Shown here: piece by piece, positions 1 through 28,994 of the stretch | Layout of the letters: each line of letters begins with the position of its first letter | How positions within the stretch are numbered: position 1 is the stretch's first letter | Assembly: GCF_009914755.1 (NCBI RefSeq) | Contig: NC_060930.1 | Source of the DNA: the human T2T-CHM13v2.0 reference genome, Homo sapiens | DNA length: 64,000 nucleotides | Direction: 5' to 3' (one strand) | Notes under the pieces: generated by a model | What the model was told of the DNA's origin: nothing | Databases searched by the model: none | What the model saw: the letters and a program-made list of their open reading frames with translations, nothing else | Made by a program: the position numbers and the translations under genes

Positions 1-771
<771 letters not shown>

Positions 772-774
772 CCA

Positions 775-1890
<1,116 letters not shown>

Positions 1891-2165
1891 AAAAACTGGG
1901 GAAAAATCACGAACAGCAGTACATTTTCTGCGCATCTTTTATGTACTAGGCAACTGTGGTAGTCATAAATTCTGTCACACAGATCGCATAGTTGTCAATA
2001 GTGCCCCTTTCACATCAATGTTTTTAGTGCTTATGTGAGTACCTACCGTGCAATCAATCAACCTTTCTAGCATCCTGGGATTCCTTGAAGAATAAAATCT
2101 GGTTTCTGAATACCTGACTCCAGGTATGCACACTAGCGCGTACATCAAACTGCGAGGGTCTATGT

Positions 2166-2476
2166 TATTTTATTTTATTTTTATTTTATTTTTGAGACGA
2201 AGTCTCGCTCTGTCACCCAGGCTGGAGTGCAGTGGCGCGATCTCCGCTCACTGCAACCTCCGCCTCCCGGGTTCAAGCAGTTCTCCCTGCCTCAGCCTCC
2301 CGAGTAGCTGGGGTTAGAGGCGCCCGCCACCACGCCCGGCTAATTTTTGTATTTTTAGTAGAGACGGGGTTTCGCCATGTTGGCCAGGCTGGTCTCGAAC
2401 TCCTGTTATCAGGTAATCCGCCCGCCTGGGCCTCCCAAAATCCTGGGATTACAGGCGTGAGCCACCACGCCCGGCC
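2166..2476 (-). mobile_element. AluS (Sx-like), CpG-rich
   Basis: Full dimer; about 20 CpGs retained. Confidence 0.93.
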
Positions 2477-2519
2477 AGTGTTACTTAAAAGTATTACCTC
2501 GCACCTGTAACTCCAGGAA

Positions 2520-2960
2520 AGAGCCGGGGCAAAAATCCGTAACCAAGACAACAGGGCGCGATTCCAATCAAGATGGCCGCCAGCGCCTCTAGACGCCCTC
2601 TACGAGGCCGTCCCCGGAAGTGGCGTTACGCGCAGCTTCCGGTTCCGCCTGTTCCGGCGCACGTAATCGCCGAGGGCACGTGCATGCCCCCTGGTTAAGA
2701 GTTGCAGGTAGCGGTAGCGATGGACACTCTGGATCGAGTAGTGTAAGTGCGCTGGGTCTCAGCCCCGGGGAGCGTTGGGGTGAAAGGGTCCCGTGATGAG
2801 GGTGGTACTGTCTCGGCCTCTCACTCTTCCTGGTTACCCCTCTAATTACCTGGGTGGGGGCCGATCGATCACCAGCCCGGGTCCTCCTCAGCGCGAGCTG
2901 CTTGCCAGGAGACAGTGGGGAAGCTCTCAAGTGGGAGCCGTGGGATGGGAGGGATGTGGG
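2520..2960 (+). promoter_or_regulatory. RPF2: CpG-island promoter / exon 1 region of RPF2
   Basis: High GC/CpG; CCAAT 2564-2568; YY1-like CAAGATGGCCGCC 2569-2581; ETS/GABP CCGGAAGTG 2614-2622 and CTTCCGG 2636-2642; E-box CACGTG 2677-2682. Confidence 0.85.
2720..2742 (+). CDS. RPF2: RPF2 coding exon 1 (MDTLDRV+2 nt)
   Basis: gcgATGg strong Kozak; donor gtaagt at 2743. Confidence 0.95.
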
Positions 2961-3019
2961 ATTGAAGCGTTGGCCGCTTTTATCCTAGCCAGTTGAAAAA
3001 CGTCTGACTTCCGAAGTAT

Positions 3020-3250
3020 GAGACAGATGGTATAGTGGGGTTAGGAGCACAGCCCTCGGAATCCGACAGATCTGAGTGACAGTCTGGCGCGTCCACTTAA
3101 AGCTTTGTGACTTTGGGTCATTAAATATCTCTAAATCTTAGCTTATTCTGTAAAATAGCGCTCACCATAGTCATACTTCATAGAGCTGTGAGGGTTAGTT
3201 TCGAGAATGTATGTAGAGCCTTTGCTGCAGCACGTAGAAATGTTCATTAG
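3020..3250 (+). mobile_element. MIR remnant
   Basis: Degenerate MIR core (tagtggggttaggagcacag...tgtgactttgg...ctgtaaaatag). Confidence 0.55.
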
Positions 3251-3968
3251 TTTTTTCTTTTCCTTCCAACTTTGTACACTCCTCTGAGTTATCCTTGAAT
3301 GATACCTGTTTTAAATTTGTTCAAGAATATTTGGGCTAAACAGCCCTGCTGTTACTTGCTGTGATTTTCTTGCTATTTACCTAAGTTAACATGTATCCAA
3401 AACGACAGTTTTAGTCATTCAGAGATTTTGCACACCTGCTATGCCTCTAGCTGTTTGGACTACAAAGAGTAGTTTACTAGGTATTGGGACTAGTTCACAC
3501 GTTAATTGGGAGCAGGCAGCTAATAAAACATGTTAATTGCTATTTGCATTTGTTGCTGTTTAATGAGATACAAAAGATAGAATAATTTGTATCTTTATCA
3601 ACCAGTAAATGATCAGAAGCTTTATATGTGACATTATATCTGGAGGAGTATTTTAAAAATCTACATGGGAAACTTAAGTGTATGTATGGTCTCTTTTTCT
3701 TCCCAAAGTGTCCATGGGACTGGACGAGGGAGGGTCATAATTATTTGGGAGGAAGAATTCTTTCAGTAGATGGCAGAGAACTGTCTGAAAAGCAAGGTGC
3801 TCATTGTAGAGGAAGCAGAGGTGAAGCCCCTCTTTTGAACAGAAGTGTGTAAAAACATGCCACTCCTACTGTCACATCATAAAGTCAGAATAATGAATTT
3901 ATTTTCCCTTCATATTTTACAGGGTAATTGGTCTAGACGAATTTTTAAATCTAGCTTTAAAAAATTTG

Positions 3969-4257
3969 TTTTTTTTTGAGACAGGGTATCACTCTGTCAC
4001 CCAGGCTGGAGTGCAGTAGCCCCATCACAGCTCACTGCAGCCTCGACCTCCCTGGGATCAAGCAGTCCTCCTACCTCAGCCTGCTGAGTAGCTGGGACTA
4101 TAGGCGCACACCACCACAGCTAATTTTTGTATTTTTTGTAGAGACAGGGTTTTGCATTGTTGCCCAGGCTGGTCTCGAACTTCTGGGCTCAGTGATCCAT
4201 CCACCTTGGCCTCCTAGAGTGTTTTTATTACAGGCTGTGGGCCACCTCCCAGCCCTA
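3969..4257 (-). mobile_element. AluJ
   Basis: J-type diagnostics (cagcctcgacctcc, ctgggctca). Confidence 0.85.
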
Positions 4258-4360
4258 GCTCATTTTAAAAATTGGCCTGTTTACTTGCTGTGTGATCTTG
4301 GGCACATTACCTGTCTGTTCAATTGCCTCATCTGTAAAGTGAAGATAAGAATTGTAACTC

Positions 4361-4679
<319 letters not shown>

Positions 4680-5171
4680 TCAGGATTGTGGTGAAGATTA
4701 AGCCTTAATAGAGTGACTCCATGTAAACATCAGCCTTATTATTCCCCATTGTTGGCAATAATACTGGCATTCTCAGCAATGATGTTGGAGTGCAACAGTG
4801 TATACTTCCTGGCAGGCATTGTGGTCTTAAACCTAAAAGAAAAATAAGCAGTCGTTAGTCTTATGTTTAGTAAATGTCCACAGGTTGATCAGCAGTTGAT
4901 GCTCAATTCTTTGTATTAGGGTACAGGATACAGTTTGACTACTTAAAGTTTGAAGAAAAAAGAAGAGTAAGAAAGAGTAAGAGAAAAAAAACAGCAACAG
5001 TATTTACTTGAGCCTTTTATTTTTTACTTAAAAAAAAGATTGGAAAGAGCAGTAATAAAAGAATGGTGGGAATACAAAAATGAAAGCTTTTTTTTAAAAG
5101 CTATCAAAACACTTATTTAACAATAATAAGGAAATATCTTTTACTAATATCTACCAAAAAAGTGAGATTTT

Positions 5172-5485
5172 GGCCGGCCCTTGTGGCTCGCACCTGTAAT
5201 CCCAGCACTTTGGGAGCCGAGGTGAGCGGATCACCTGAGGTCAGTAGTTCGAGAATAGCCTGACCAACATGGCGAAACCCTGTCTCTGCTAAAAATACAA
5301 AAATTACCCAGGCGTGGTGGTGTGTGCCTGTAATTCTAGCTACTCGGGAGGCTGAGGCAGGAGAATTGCTTGAACTCAGGAGGTGGATGTTGCAGTGAGC
5401 CAAGATTGTGCCATCACTCTCCAGCCTGGGTGACAGAGTGAGACTCCATCTCAAAAACAAACAAAAAAAAACAAACAAAAAAAAG
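5172..5485 (+). mobile_element. AluS
   Basis: Full dimer, TSD aaagtgagatttt. Confidence 0.9.
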
Positions 5486-5618
5486 AAAGTGAGATTTTTT
5501 TTAAGGGTGGAACCCTAAGTGACAAATATGTTTTTAAGAATTTTCATATTAGTTAAGTCATGGCTTTGCAATGTGAGGAAAATGTTTAAATAGTTATGAA
5601 TTGTGCTTTTCTGAACAG

Positions 5619-5751
5619 AAAGCCCAAAACGAAAAGAGCCAAGAGATTCCTTGAGAAGAGAGAACCGAAACTCAATGAAAATATTAAAAATGCCATGCTG
5701 ATTAAAGGGGGAAATGCAAATGCAACAGTGACAAAAGTACTTAAAGATGTG
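5619..5751 (+). CDS. RPF2: RPF2 exon 2 (KPKTKRAKRFLEKREPKLNENIKNAMLIKGGNANATVTKVLKDV)
   Basis: acceptor ttttctgaacag, donor gtaagt, 133 nt, phase-compatible with exon 1. Confidence 0.96.
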
Positions 5752-6099
5752 GTAAGTATATATACTTAATCTTTAAAAGGTATTGAAGTCATTTTAGAAT
5801 TTTCAGCATGCTAGGATGGGCTGTCGGAGAAATACGTAGATAAGCTTGCCTTACCATAAGAACTACTAGTCTTAGAGAAGAGCTAAAGTTGGGGGTTTAT
5901 TTACCTTGCGTGGCACCTTTTCTTAAAGCAACTAGTTCTCTTAGTAAATTTTATTATTGTTTTTTAGGAGCACAGGTGGGTCTGGTAGAGTGAAGGTCTC
6001 CCTTAGTAAATTTAAACTGTTTTCAATTACTAGAATTTGGCTTACTTACATTTTAGGAAAAAATCTAATTTGTAAAGAGAAGTAACTGCATATTGCTGT

Positions 6100-7270
6100 A
6101 TATTTAGTCATTCAACAACACCGGTTACTGTGCCTCTGCTGGGAATTAATAGGTGAGACACAGTTCTTTCAGTGAGCTTAGAGAGATAGACATGTAAAAA
6201 GTTCTTACACTGTGCTGTGCTGGAGGCATGGACAGGGTAGGGTGGGAAACAGTTAAAATCACATAGGGGAGGCCAGGCACGGTGGTTCACGCCTGTAATC
6301 CCAGCACTTTGGGAGGCCGAGGCAGGAGGATCACGAAGTCAGAAGTTCGAGACCAGCCTGGCCAACATGGTGAAACCCCGTCTCTACTAAAAGTACAAAA
6401 ATTAGCCGGGTGTGGTGGCGGGCGCCTGTAGTCCCAGTTGCTCGGGAGGCTGAGGCAGGAGAATCGCCTGAACCTGGGAGGTGGAGGTCACAGTCAGTCG
6501 AGATTGTGCCACTGCTCCAGCCTGAGTGACAGAGAGAGACTCCATTTCAAAAAAAAAAAAAAAAAATCACATAGGGGGACCCCCACACAGGGTAGGTTCC
6601 CCCAGAGATAACACTGCAGCTTCATTTTGAAGGAGAAGTTGGTGCAAGAAGTGGGAGAGAAAGAGAAGATCCTCTGAGGCTGAGAAAGAAGTTTGTGCAA
6701 AAGGGAGTATGAAGGAGCATTGATGCATTTGGAGAACTGTAAATAATTGGGCATGGCCAAAGGAGAGTGGGCTAGATGAGGCTAGAAGAGGAGGCATGGG
6801 TCACATAGTAACATGAAATTTGAATTCTAATCTGAAAGCTCCGTGTAATCATTGAAAGATATTAAGCAAGAGATACCATCAGTCCTTTTAATTGGCTTGA
6901 TTAGAGAGGGTTGAGAGCAAATGTAGGAAACTAAGCCATTGCTGCCAGCTAGGTGAAGAGCATCTGGAGTCCAGTGGTGGCAATGAAAATGAGAAATGAC
7001 CAGAAAGAATAGATGTTGAGGAAAGAAGAGTTGGGAACTAGTGAAAAGTATGACTTCCCAGGTGTTTGGCTTGAGTGCCTGATGGGCAATAATGCCAATT
7101 AGAAAATGTATCAAGCGGAGCAGGTTTGGAGGGAAAGGTGAAAGGTTCGGTTTGGGACATGTAATTTAAGTAATGAAAATAAAAGCTTTGTTTTTTCTAC
7201 CTCTGTAGCCTAGTGTACAGCCCAGTGTCTGGACATAGTAGGTACTCAATATATATGTAATCTATGAAAG
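6100..7270 (-). mobile_element. L2 remnant containing an Alu (6270-6566, +, TSD aaaatcacataggggga)
   Basis: Purine-rich L2-like text (cattcaacaa, gacttcccaggtgtttggcttgag). Confidence 0.55.
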
Positions 7271-7284
7271 AAAGGCATAGTATG

Positions 7285-9342
7285 GGCCAGGCACAGTGGC
7301 TCACACCTGTAATCCCAGCACTTTGGGAGGCCGAGGTGGGCGGATCACGGGGTCAGGAGTTCGAGACCAGCCTGGCTAACACGGTGAAATCCTGTCTCTA
7401 CTAAAAATGCAAAAATTAGCCAGCCATGGTGGTGGGCGCCTGTAATCCCAGCTACTAGGGAGGCTGAGGCCGGAAAATCTGCTTGGACCTGGGAGATGGA
7501 GGTTGGAGTGAGCTGAGACCACGCCATTGCACTTACTCCAGCCTGGGTAACAGAGCAAGACTCCAACTAAAAAAAAAAAAAAGACATAGTATGTGGAGAT
7601 ATCTAGTAGGTTATTTGACTAATTAGGCCTTGAGTACAGCCAATAGATCTTTGAATTAAATCAATTAAGTAATCGAATACATTTTTGTTGTTGTTATTGA
7701 GGTGGAGTCTCACGCTGTTGCCCAGGCTGAAGTGCAGTGGTGCCATCTTGGCTTACTGCAACCTCTGACTCCCGGGTTCAGGCGATTCTCCTGCCTCTAG
7801 CCTCCCAAGTAGCTGGGAGCCACCACACCCAGCTAATTTCTGTGTTCTTTTAGTAGAGACAGGGTTTCACCATGTTGGCCAGGCTGGTCACAAACTCCTG
7901 ACCTGACATGATCTGTCCGCCTCGGCCTCCCAAAGTGCTGAGATTACAGGAGTGAGCCACCATGCCTGGCTTTGAATATATTTTAAACTTGACCAAACTC
8001 TATGCCTGATAAGCATAGTCAATTCAGATGTCTGAATGCCTTATATAGGCCCATCCCTTTTTTGAAATGTTTGTCTGAATTTCATTGTGCTAACGGGAAA
8101 CTGCCCCTCTCCTTCTAGTATCCATCAGCACAATGACCCTGCATATTTAAGTAAGCTTTAAAAGCAGCACAATATTACAGATTACTACAATAATTAAAAT
8201 TCATCATGATGACTCTGAGTCATCAAGAAGAGGTGGCAATGTTTATTACACGGAAACAGGGAAATAGTTGGCCAAGAATCATCAAAAGTTTTAGTACTTA
8301 AAAAGGTAGATTTTACTGTTGCATTTTCTTTGTTCACCAACTCTGATAGTTGATGAATGATTATTATACCTTATTTTTCATTGTTTCCCTCATTTACCCA
8401 TTTCTCTAATGCAAGGTAGTACCTGATGACATCTTTGTTATTCTCTATGGTAGAGCAGTACTGGCCATACAAGTAATAAATGATTATAGGCCAGGTGTGG
8501 TGGCTCACACCTGTAATCCCAGCACTTTGGGAGGCTGAGGTGGGAGGATCACTTAAGCCTAGGATGACAGCCTGGACAACAAAGTGAGACCCCATCTCTA
8601 TAAATTAAATTTAAAAAAATAATAAAATACAGCCTGGACAACATGGTGAAACCCCATCTCCACTCAAAATACAAAAATTAGCTGGGCGTGGTGCATGTGT
8701 CTGTACTTGGGAGGCTGAGATGGGAGGATCACCTGAGCCCTGGAGTTTCAGGCTGCAGTAAGCTTTAATCACGCCATTGCACTCCAGCCTGGGCAACAGA
8801 GTGAGACCCTGTCTCAAAAATAAATAAATAAAATAAAATGAATGATTATTTGTGGATAGGTAGAACTAGGAAAAAAATGAAGAACATTGAATAATAGGCA
8901 TTTTTTAAAGAGCTGTGTTTAACCTCTGGCTAGTATTCTAATTGTCATCATTATTACTGTTTCTAAGTTTTCTGATCTCCACGCAACATTATTTCAATCT
9001 ATCAGCCTTTCGTGATAGAATTTATTTTTTCTGTTTTTGTCTACTACTTTTTTTTTTTTTTTTTCTGAGACAGGGTCTCACTCTATCACCAGAGCTGGAG
9101 TGCAGTGGTGCAATCACGGTTCACCACAGCCTCGAATTCCTGAGCTCGGGTGATCCTCCCGCCTTAGCCTCCCAAGTAGCTGGGACTGCAGGCATGCACC
9201 ACTATGCCTGGCTAATTTTTGCAGTTTTTTGTAGAGACAGGGTTTTGCCATGTTGCCCAGGCTGGTCTCGAACTTCTGGGCTTGAGTGATCTGCCTTGTC
9301 CTCCCAAAGTGTTGGGATTACAGGCGTGAGCCACTGCACCTG
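7285..9342. mobile_element. Alu cluster (7285-7582 +, 7683-7971 -, 8489-8838 +, 9047-9342 -)
   Basis: Alu consensus matches. Confidence 0.88.
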
Positions 9343-9640
9343 GAATTGTTTCCCTAGAGAGAGACTGGACTAAGTCGAGTTTAAAGAAATGAAGGAAATT
9401 GTTTAAGTTGGATAGACTATTGACAGGGCATAGAAACTTTTAAATAGGAAAGTCTAGTCCAAGAATATTAAGCTTACATTTCAAGTTACTGTAAGTGATG
9501 AAAAGGGAGCCAGGCAGAAGCCCTCAGAATAAGATTGAGGCCCCAGAGCAATCTTGGAGAGTGACTGTTATGATGCTTTATTTTTATTTCTGCTTTTCAG
9601 AATGTGTTTTGTTTTGAAAGCTATAAATTTTGTTTTACAG

Positions 9641-9678
9641 TATGCACTGAAAAAACCATACGGTGTACTATATAAAAA
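9641..9678 (+). CDS. RPF2: RPF2 exon 3 (YALKKPYGVLYK+2 nt)
   Basis: ttttacag acceptor, gtaagt donor, 38 nt. Confidence 0.94.
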
Positions 9679-10063
9679 GTAAGTCATGATTTCTTTTACT
9701 GTATTTTAAATGATTTTGTTTCATTATAAAAGTAACCACTTTATGGAAGATTTGGAAAACAAAAACTTTTTAAAAAGATATTAAAATTCCTTACAGTTAT
9801 TAATATTTTAATTTCTTTCTTTTGGTCTGTTTTTTTCATTTGTATTGAATGTCCTTGCATAGTTGTAACCATAGCATATATATTTTATTTTGAAATACAG
9901 ATTTACAGAAAAGTGCAAAAATAATGCAGAATTCCCATATACCCTTCACCTGGCTTCCCCTAATGTTACATCTTGCATAACCGTAATGCAATGATCAAAA
10001 CTAATAAATTAACACCGATTCACTCATGTTAATCAAATGACAGACATATTTGATTAGCACCAG

Positions 10064-11511
<1,448 letters not shown>

Positions 11512-11620
11512 TGACCTTTCAACATGCCTCCTGTTTTTGAGCACTTCCTTACTTTCTAACATCACAAAATTATCTGGGTTCATCTTGTCTTTTTCCTTAC
11601 CACAGCCCTGGAATAAGCTA

Positions 11621-12130
11621 CAGTCATCCCTCAGTATCTGTGGGCGATGGGTTCCAGAAACCTCCCCTTATTAAAATCTGGGTATGCTCGTCTCTTACAT
11701 AAAATGGCCTAGTATTTGCATATAACCCACACACTTCCTCCTGTATCCTTTTTTTAAAAAATGCTTCCCATAAAAGTAAGTTGCATATACTTTAAATCAT
11801 CTCTCGATTACTTATAATATCTAATATAATGTAAATGCTATGTAAATAGTTATAATGCTGTATTTTCTGGTTTATCCTGCTTTTTATTGTTCCTTTTTCT
11901 TTTTATTTCTTAACTTTTTTTTTAGAGACGGGGTCTCACTGTTACCCAGGCTGGAGTGCAGTGGCACGATCATATTTCACTGTTGTAAGCCACTGTGCTC
12001 GGCGCCCCCTGCTTTTTTTTTTTTTTTTAACACACTTTCTTTGTCTATTGAATACTGTCAATCCGTGGTTGGTCAAATCAATCCATGGATGCAGAAGGAT
12101 GCAGAATCCATATGTACAGAGGACTACTTA
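11621..12130 (+). mobile_element. MER2 (Tigger-family DNA transposon) with an Alu fragment insert
   Basis: ta|cagtcatccctcagtatctgtggg...ggttccag terminus; gtatttgcatataacc; aatgtaaatgctatgtaaatagtt. Confidence 0.75.
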
Positions 12131-12360
12131 TTTTCCACGAGCCTATAAACTCCATGAAAGCAAGCATCTTGTTTAATGTAGTAGTATAGTATCACTAGCT
12201 CCTAGAATGGTAGCCTGGCATATAACAGGCACTGAATAAATATTTGAATGAATGAATATCCTTTCAATTGTTTTATCATCTGAATATAAAATTACCTTAA
12301 TATATTAATTGTATATACTTATTTAGATTATTAAAATTGTCACTTTTTTGATATTCTTAG

Positions 12361-12400
12361 GAAAAATATTACAAGACCTTTTGAGGATCAGACATCACTG
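12361..12400 (+). CDS. RPF2: RPF2 exon 4 (KNITRPFEDQTSL)
   Basis: ttcttag acceptor, gtaagt donor, 40 nt. Confidence 0.94.
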
Positions 12401-12499
12401 GTAAGTATAATAATCTTTATGATTTAAGAAAGCATATAAGTAGTAATTATTCAGACTAATTCATTTGTACTCCAAATTTGTGATTTTTTTAAACATTAG

Positions 12500-13858
<1,359 letters not shown>

Positions 13859-14514
13859 AGGAACCCATTATTTGTTGTTGTTTTTTTTCTTAAGTTCACT
13901 TGACCTTTTTAATGTTTTTTTTTCTTTTAGTTAGTGAATTTAAAAGAAAGAAATTAATCTCAATGATAAATTAGATTAAAATCAAATAATCTTATTGTAA
14001 CTAACTGCAGTGAAAATTAAGATAGTATTGATAAAATGCATTTTACTCAGTTTTTTTCAAATTACTTTTATTTGTCTCAGGTTTTTTACAGTCATTTGTT
14101 GAAGAGATCATGAAAGTAAAAATATAAGATTTATCTCAGAATTCTCTTTCATATAGTACTTAATCAAGGCCTGGTTTTGTTTTTGTGATACCATAATGCT
14201 TTTAGTTGCATGACCACTTTGTGGCAGTGTTACATAGTGAAAGCTGTAGCATTTGAGCTTTTTTAGTCTAGTGTTGATAAAAGCTGACAACAGCTTTTCT
14301 TACACTTGAGGTTGTGACATTCCCTCTATTTGATCTCCCACCTCCAGTTATAGTATATATTTATTAGCTATCTGAATCCCAGACCTACGGAGCTCAAAAT
14401 GGCTATGGAAGGAGTGGTTGTGTTGGAAATAGTGGTCAATTTTCTCCTCCTGACCCTCTCCACACATTTTTTTTACTACAATCTTGGATAAATGAGTTTT
14501 GCTGCTTTAGAGAG

Positions 14515-15297
<783 letters not shown>

Positions 15298-15341
15298 AAT
15301 TTTAAGAAATAAAAAGCAGACTTTGTGGAGAATGGGATGAG

Positions 15342-15348
<7 letters not shown>

Positions 15349-15388
<40 letters not shown>
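15349..15388. repeat. (CA)~20 microsatellite
   Basis: Direct reading. Confidence 0.97.
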
Positions 15389-15391
<3 letters not shown>

Positions 15392-15532
15392 TATGTATGT
15401 ATATAAAACACTCAAGTATATATGAGGGGTGTTTTATGGAAAGCTTTGAGATGTTAGTCATACCATGAAAATGTTTTTAAAATTTTAAGAAAGTAATTCC
15501 ATTGATTTAGACATACAAAATAAATATATATA

Positions 15533-17718
<2,186 letters not shown>

Positions 17719-17800
17719 TGAAGGTAAGATTTTTAAAGGTAAGATTCTTAAAGTTCTTAAATTTATGCATGGACTAAATGGGATTTATTTGGTTTTATAG

Positions 17801-17882
17801 GAATTCTTTTCAAAGAAGTCAGATTGTTCTTTATTCATGTTTGGCTCCCATAATAAGAAGCGGCCAAATAATCTAGTAATAG
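17801..17882 (+). CDS. RPF2: RPF2 exon 5 (EFFSKKSDCSLFMFGSHNKKRPNNLVI+1 nt)
   Basis: ttttatag acceptor, gtaagt donor, 82 nt; Brix-domain KKRPNNL motif. Confidence 0.96.
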
Positions 17883-17927
17883 GTAAGTATAATTTACTTT
17901 TTAATGTTTTCACTGATAGAGTCAATT

Positions 17928-19050
<1,123 letters not shown>

Positions 19051-19254
19051 TGCTGATTACTGCTGATCCACCCACCTTGGCCTCCCAAAGGGCTGGAATT
19101 ACAGGCGTGAGCCACTGTGCCCGGCCTGATCTAAAAATTTTTTATTCAATGTCACAAGGTGAAAACAAAACCAAAAAACCCCACCAAACTAGTTTACAGC
19201 TTATTGATTACTCCTGATTCCTCAATACCATCAGTTAATCTGAGTCACAGAGCT

Positions 19255-19555
<301 letters not shown>

Positions 19556-20328
19556 TCATCTCAAAAAAAAAAAAAAAAAAATTTATGTCGGTCAGCAAGT
19601 AAAGAATGGGGCATATAAATATGACCCTACCAATACAGTGAAGTGCCACAAGTAAGAAAGAATATGAAAAGATTCCCTGGTAATTCATGTTTCTTAGAAT
19701 GCCTTTTCCTTCTGTCTCTGTCGGAATCAAATTCTGGTTTAAATGGGAAGCGTGGTCTCTTCGGGCTCTCAGCATCCCTGCCTACTTAGTTGTAGATGCA
19801 GCACAATTACTTTATACTTGCATTGAGTGTCTCTGAGCTCCCAAATAGCATGGATCCATTGGAATTGGGGGGGAAAATTATCCTAAGTTGTAGATATTTT
19901 TTTCATATGAAATATATATATGTACTAAATCAATATTAGAAAAAAAAATGTATCGACCCACATAAATTAATCCTTCTCTAATATCTATTGAATAAATAGA
20001 TTTGAAAAAGAACCTTTACCTCAGTGTATTGAGATTGAGCCTGGCATGCTCACTGGCTTAGGCAAGCCCTTTACCTTCTGTAGGCTGTCATTTATTCTTC
20101 TATAAAATAAAGGAGTTGGGCTAAGTAATATCTGAGATCCTTTCCATGACTAATATCATAAAAATCAATAAGTAGAGTTGAAAATGTAAGAAAGTGGGAT
20201 ATGTTTGCGGGGGTATAGGGAGAAAAAAGAGGCAGATATTAGGACATTTTGAATACACAGCTCTTGTGGGTATATGTAAGGTGGCTCTTTGGGAAAAATA
20301 CATGCTTAAAAATACATTTTCCTTCCAG

Positions 20329-20405
20329 GTCGTATGTATGACTACCATGTGCTGGATATGATTGAATTAGGTATTGAGAATTTTGTCTCTCTAAAAGACA
20401 TTAAG
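20329..20405 (+). CDS. RPF2: RPF2 exon 6 (RMYDYHVLDMIELGIENFVSLKDIK)
   Basis: ttttccttccag acceptor, gtaaga donor, 77 nt. Confidence 0.96.
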
Positions 20406-20709
20406 GTAAGATACTCATAGAAATGAAAAGTATTTTGTAATGCTTCTCTTGACCAGTAGTGACATCTTGTGGTGAAGAGTACTGATAGAGTTTTGTAGAT
20501 CAAGAACTTTGTGTTTTTATTTTGACATGCTCCAGGATAAAAATACAATTTTATTTTACCTTTCTTTTAAAAAGAGGAATATATTTGTAGTGAATAGCAA
20601 CATATGTGGACTTTGTGGCTGTTAGACTTCAGACTGTGGTTACTAATTCTTGTCTAGGCCATAGTTTTTTTATTTTTTGTTTTTATTTTTTGCTTTTTTC
20701 ATAGTTTGA

Positions 20710-28755
<8,046 letters not shown>

Positions 28756-28887
28756 GTAAGTATTTTAGTATTTATTATCTTCAGGGTAGCTCAGGAAGAC
28801 AGTCTCAGACTCTCACTGGTGGCACTTTGCTACTTTAGGTTTGTAACTTCTTTTTTCTCTTATTTTAAAAATAATATTTATATACTT

Positions 28888-28994
28888 AAAATAATGGAGT
28901 GCTTCACAAATTTGCATGCCATCCTTGCGCAGGGACCATGCTAATCTTCTCTGTATGGTTCCAGTTTTAGTATATGCGCTGCCGAAGCGAGCAC
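28888..28994 (-). pseudogene. U6 snRNA retropseudogene (full length)
   Basis: Reverse complement reads GTGCTCGCTTCGGCAGCGCATATACTAAAACTGGAACCATACAGAGAAGATTAGCATGG...; TSD aacttcttttt at 28845 and 28995. Confidence 0.95.

Noticed and set aside
2589-2996. 113-aa and 67-aa ORFs across the promoter
   Set aside because: Expected in stop-poor CpG-island sequence; no recognisable domain
28888-28994. Functional U6 gene
   Set aside because: Several substitutions, flanking TSD and no visible PSE/TATA upstream
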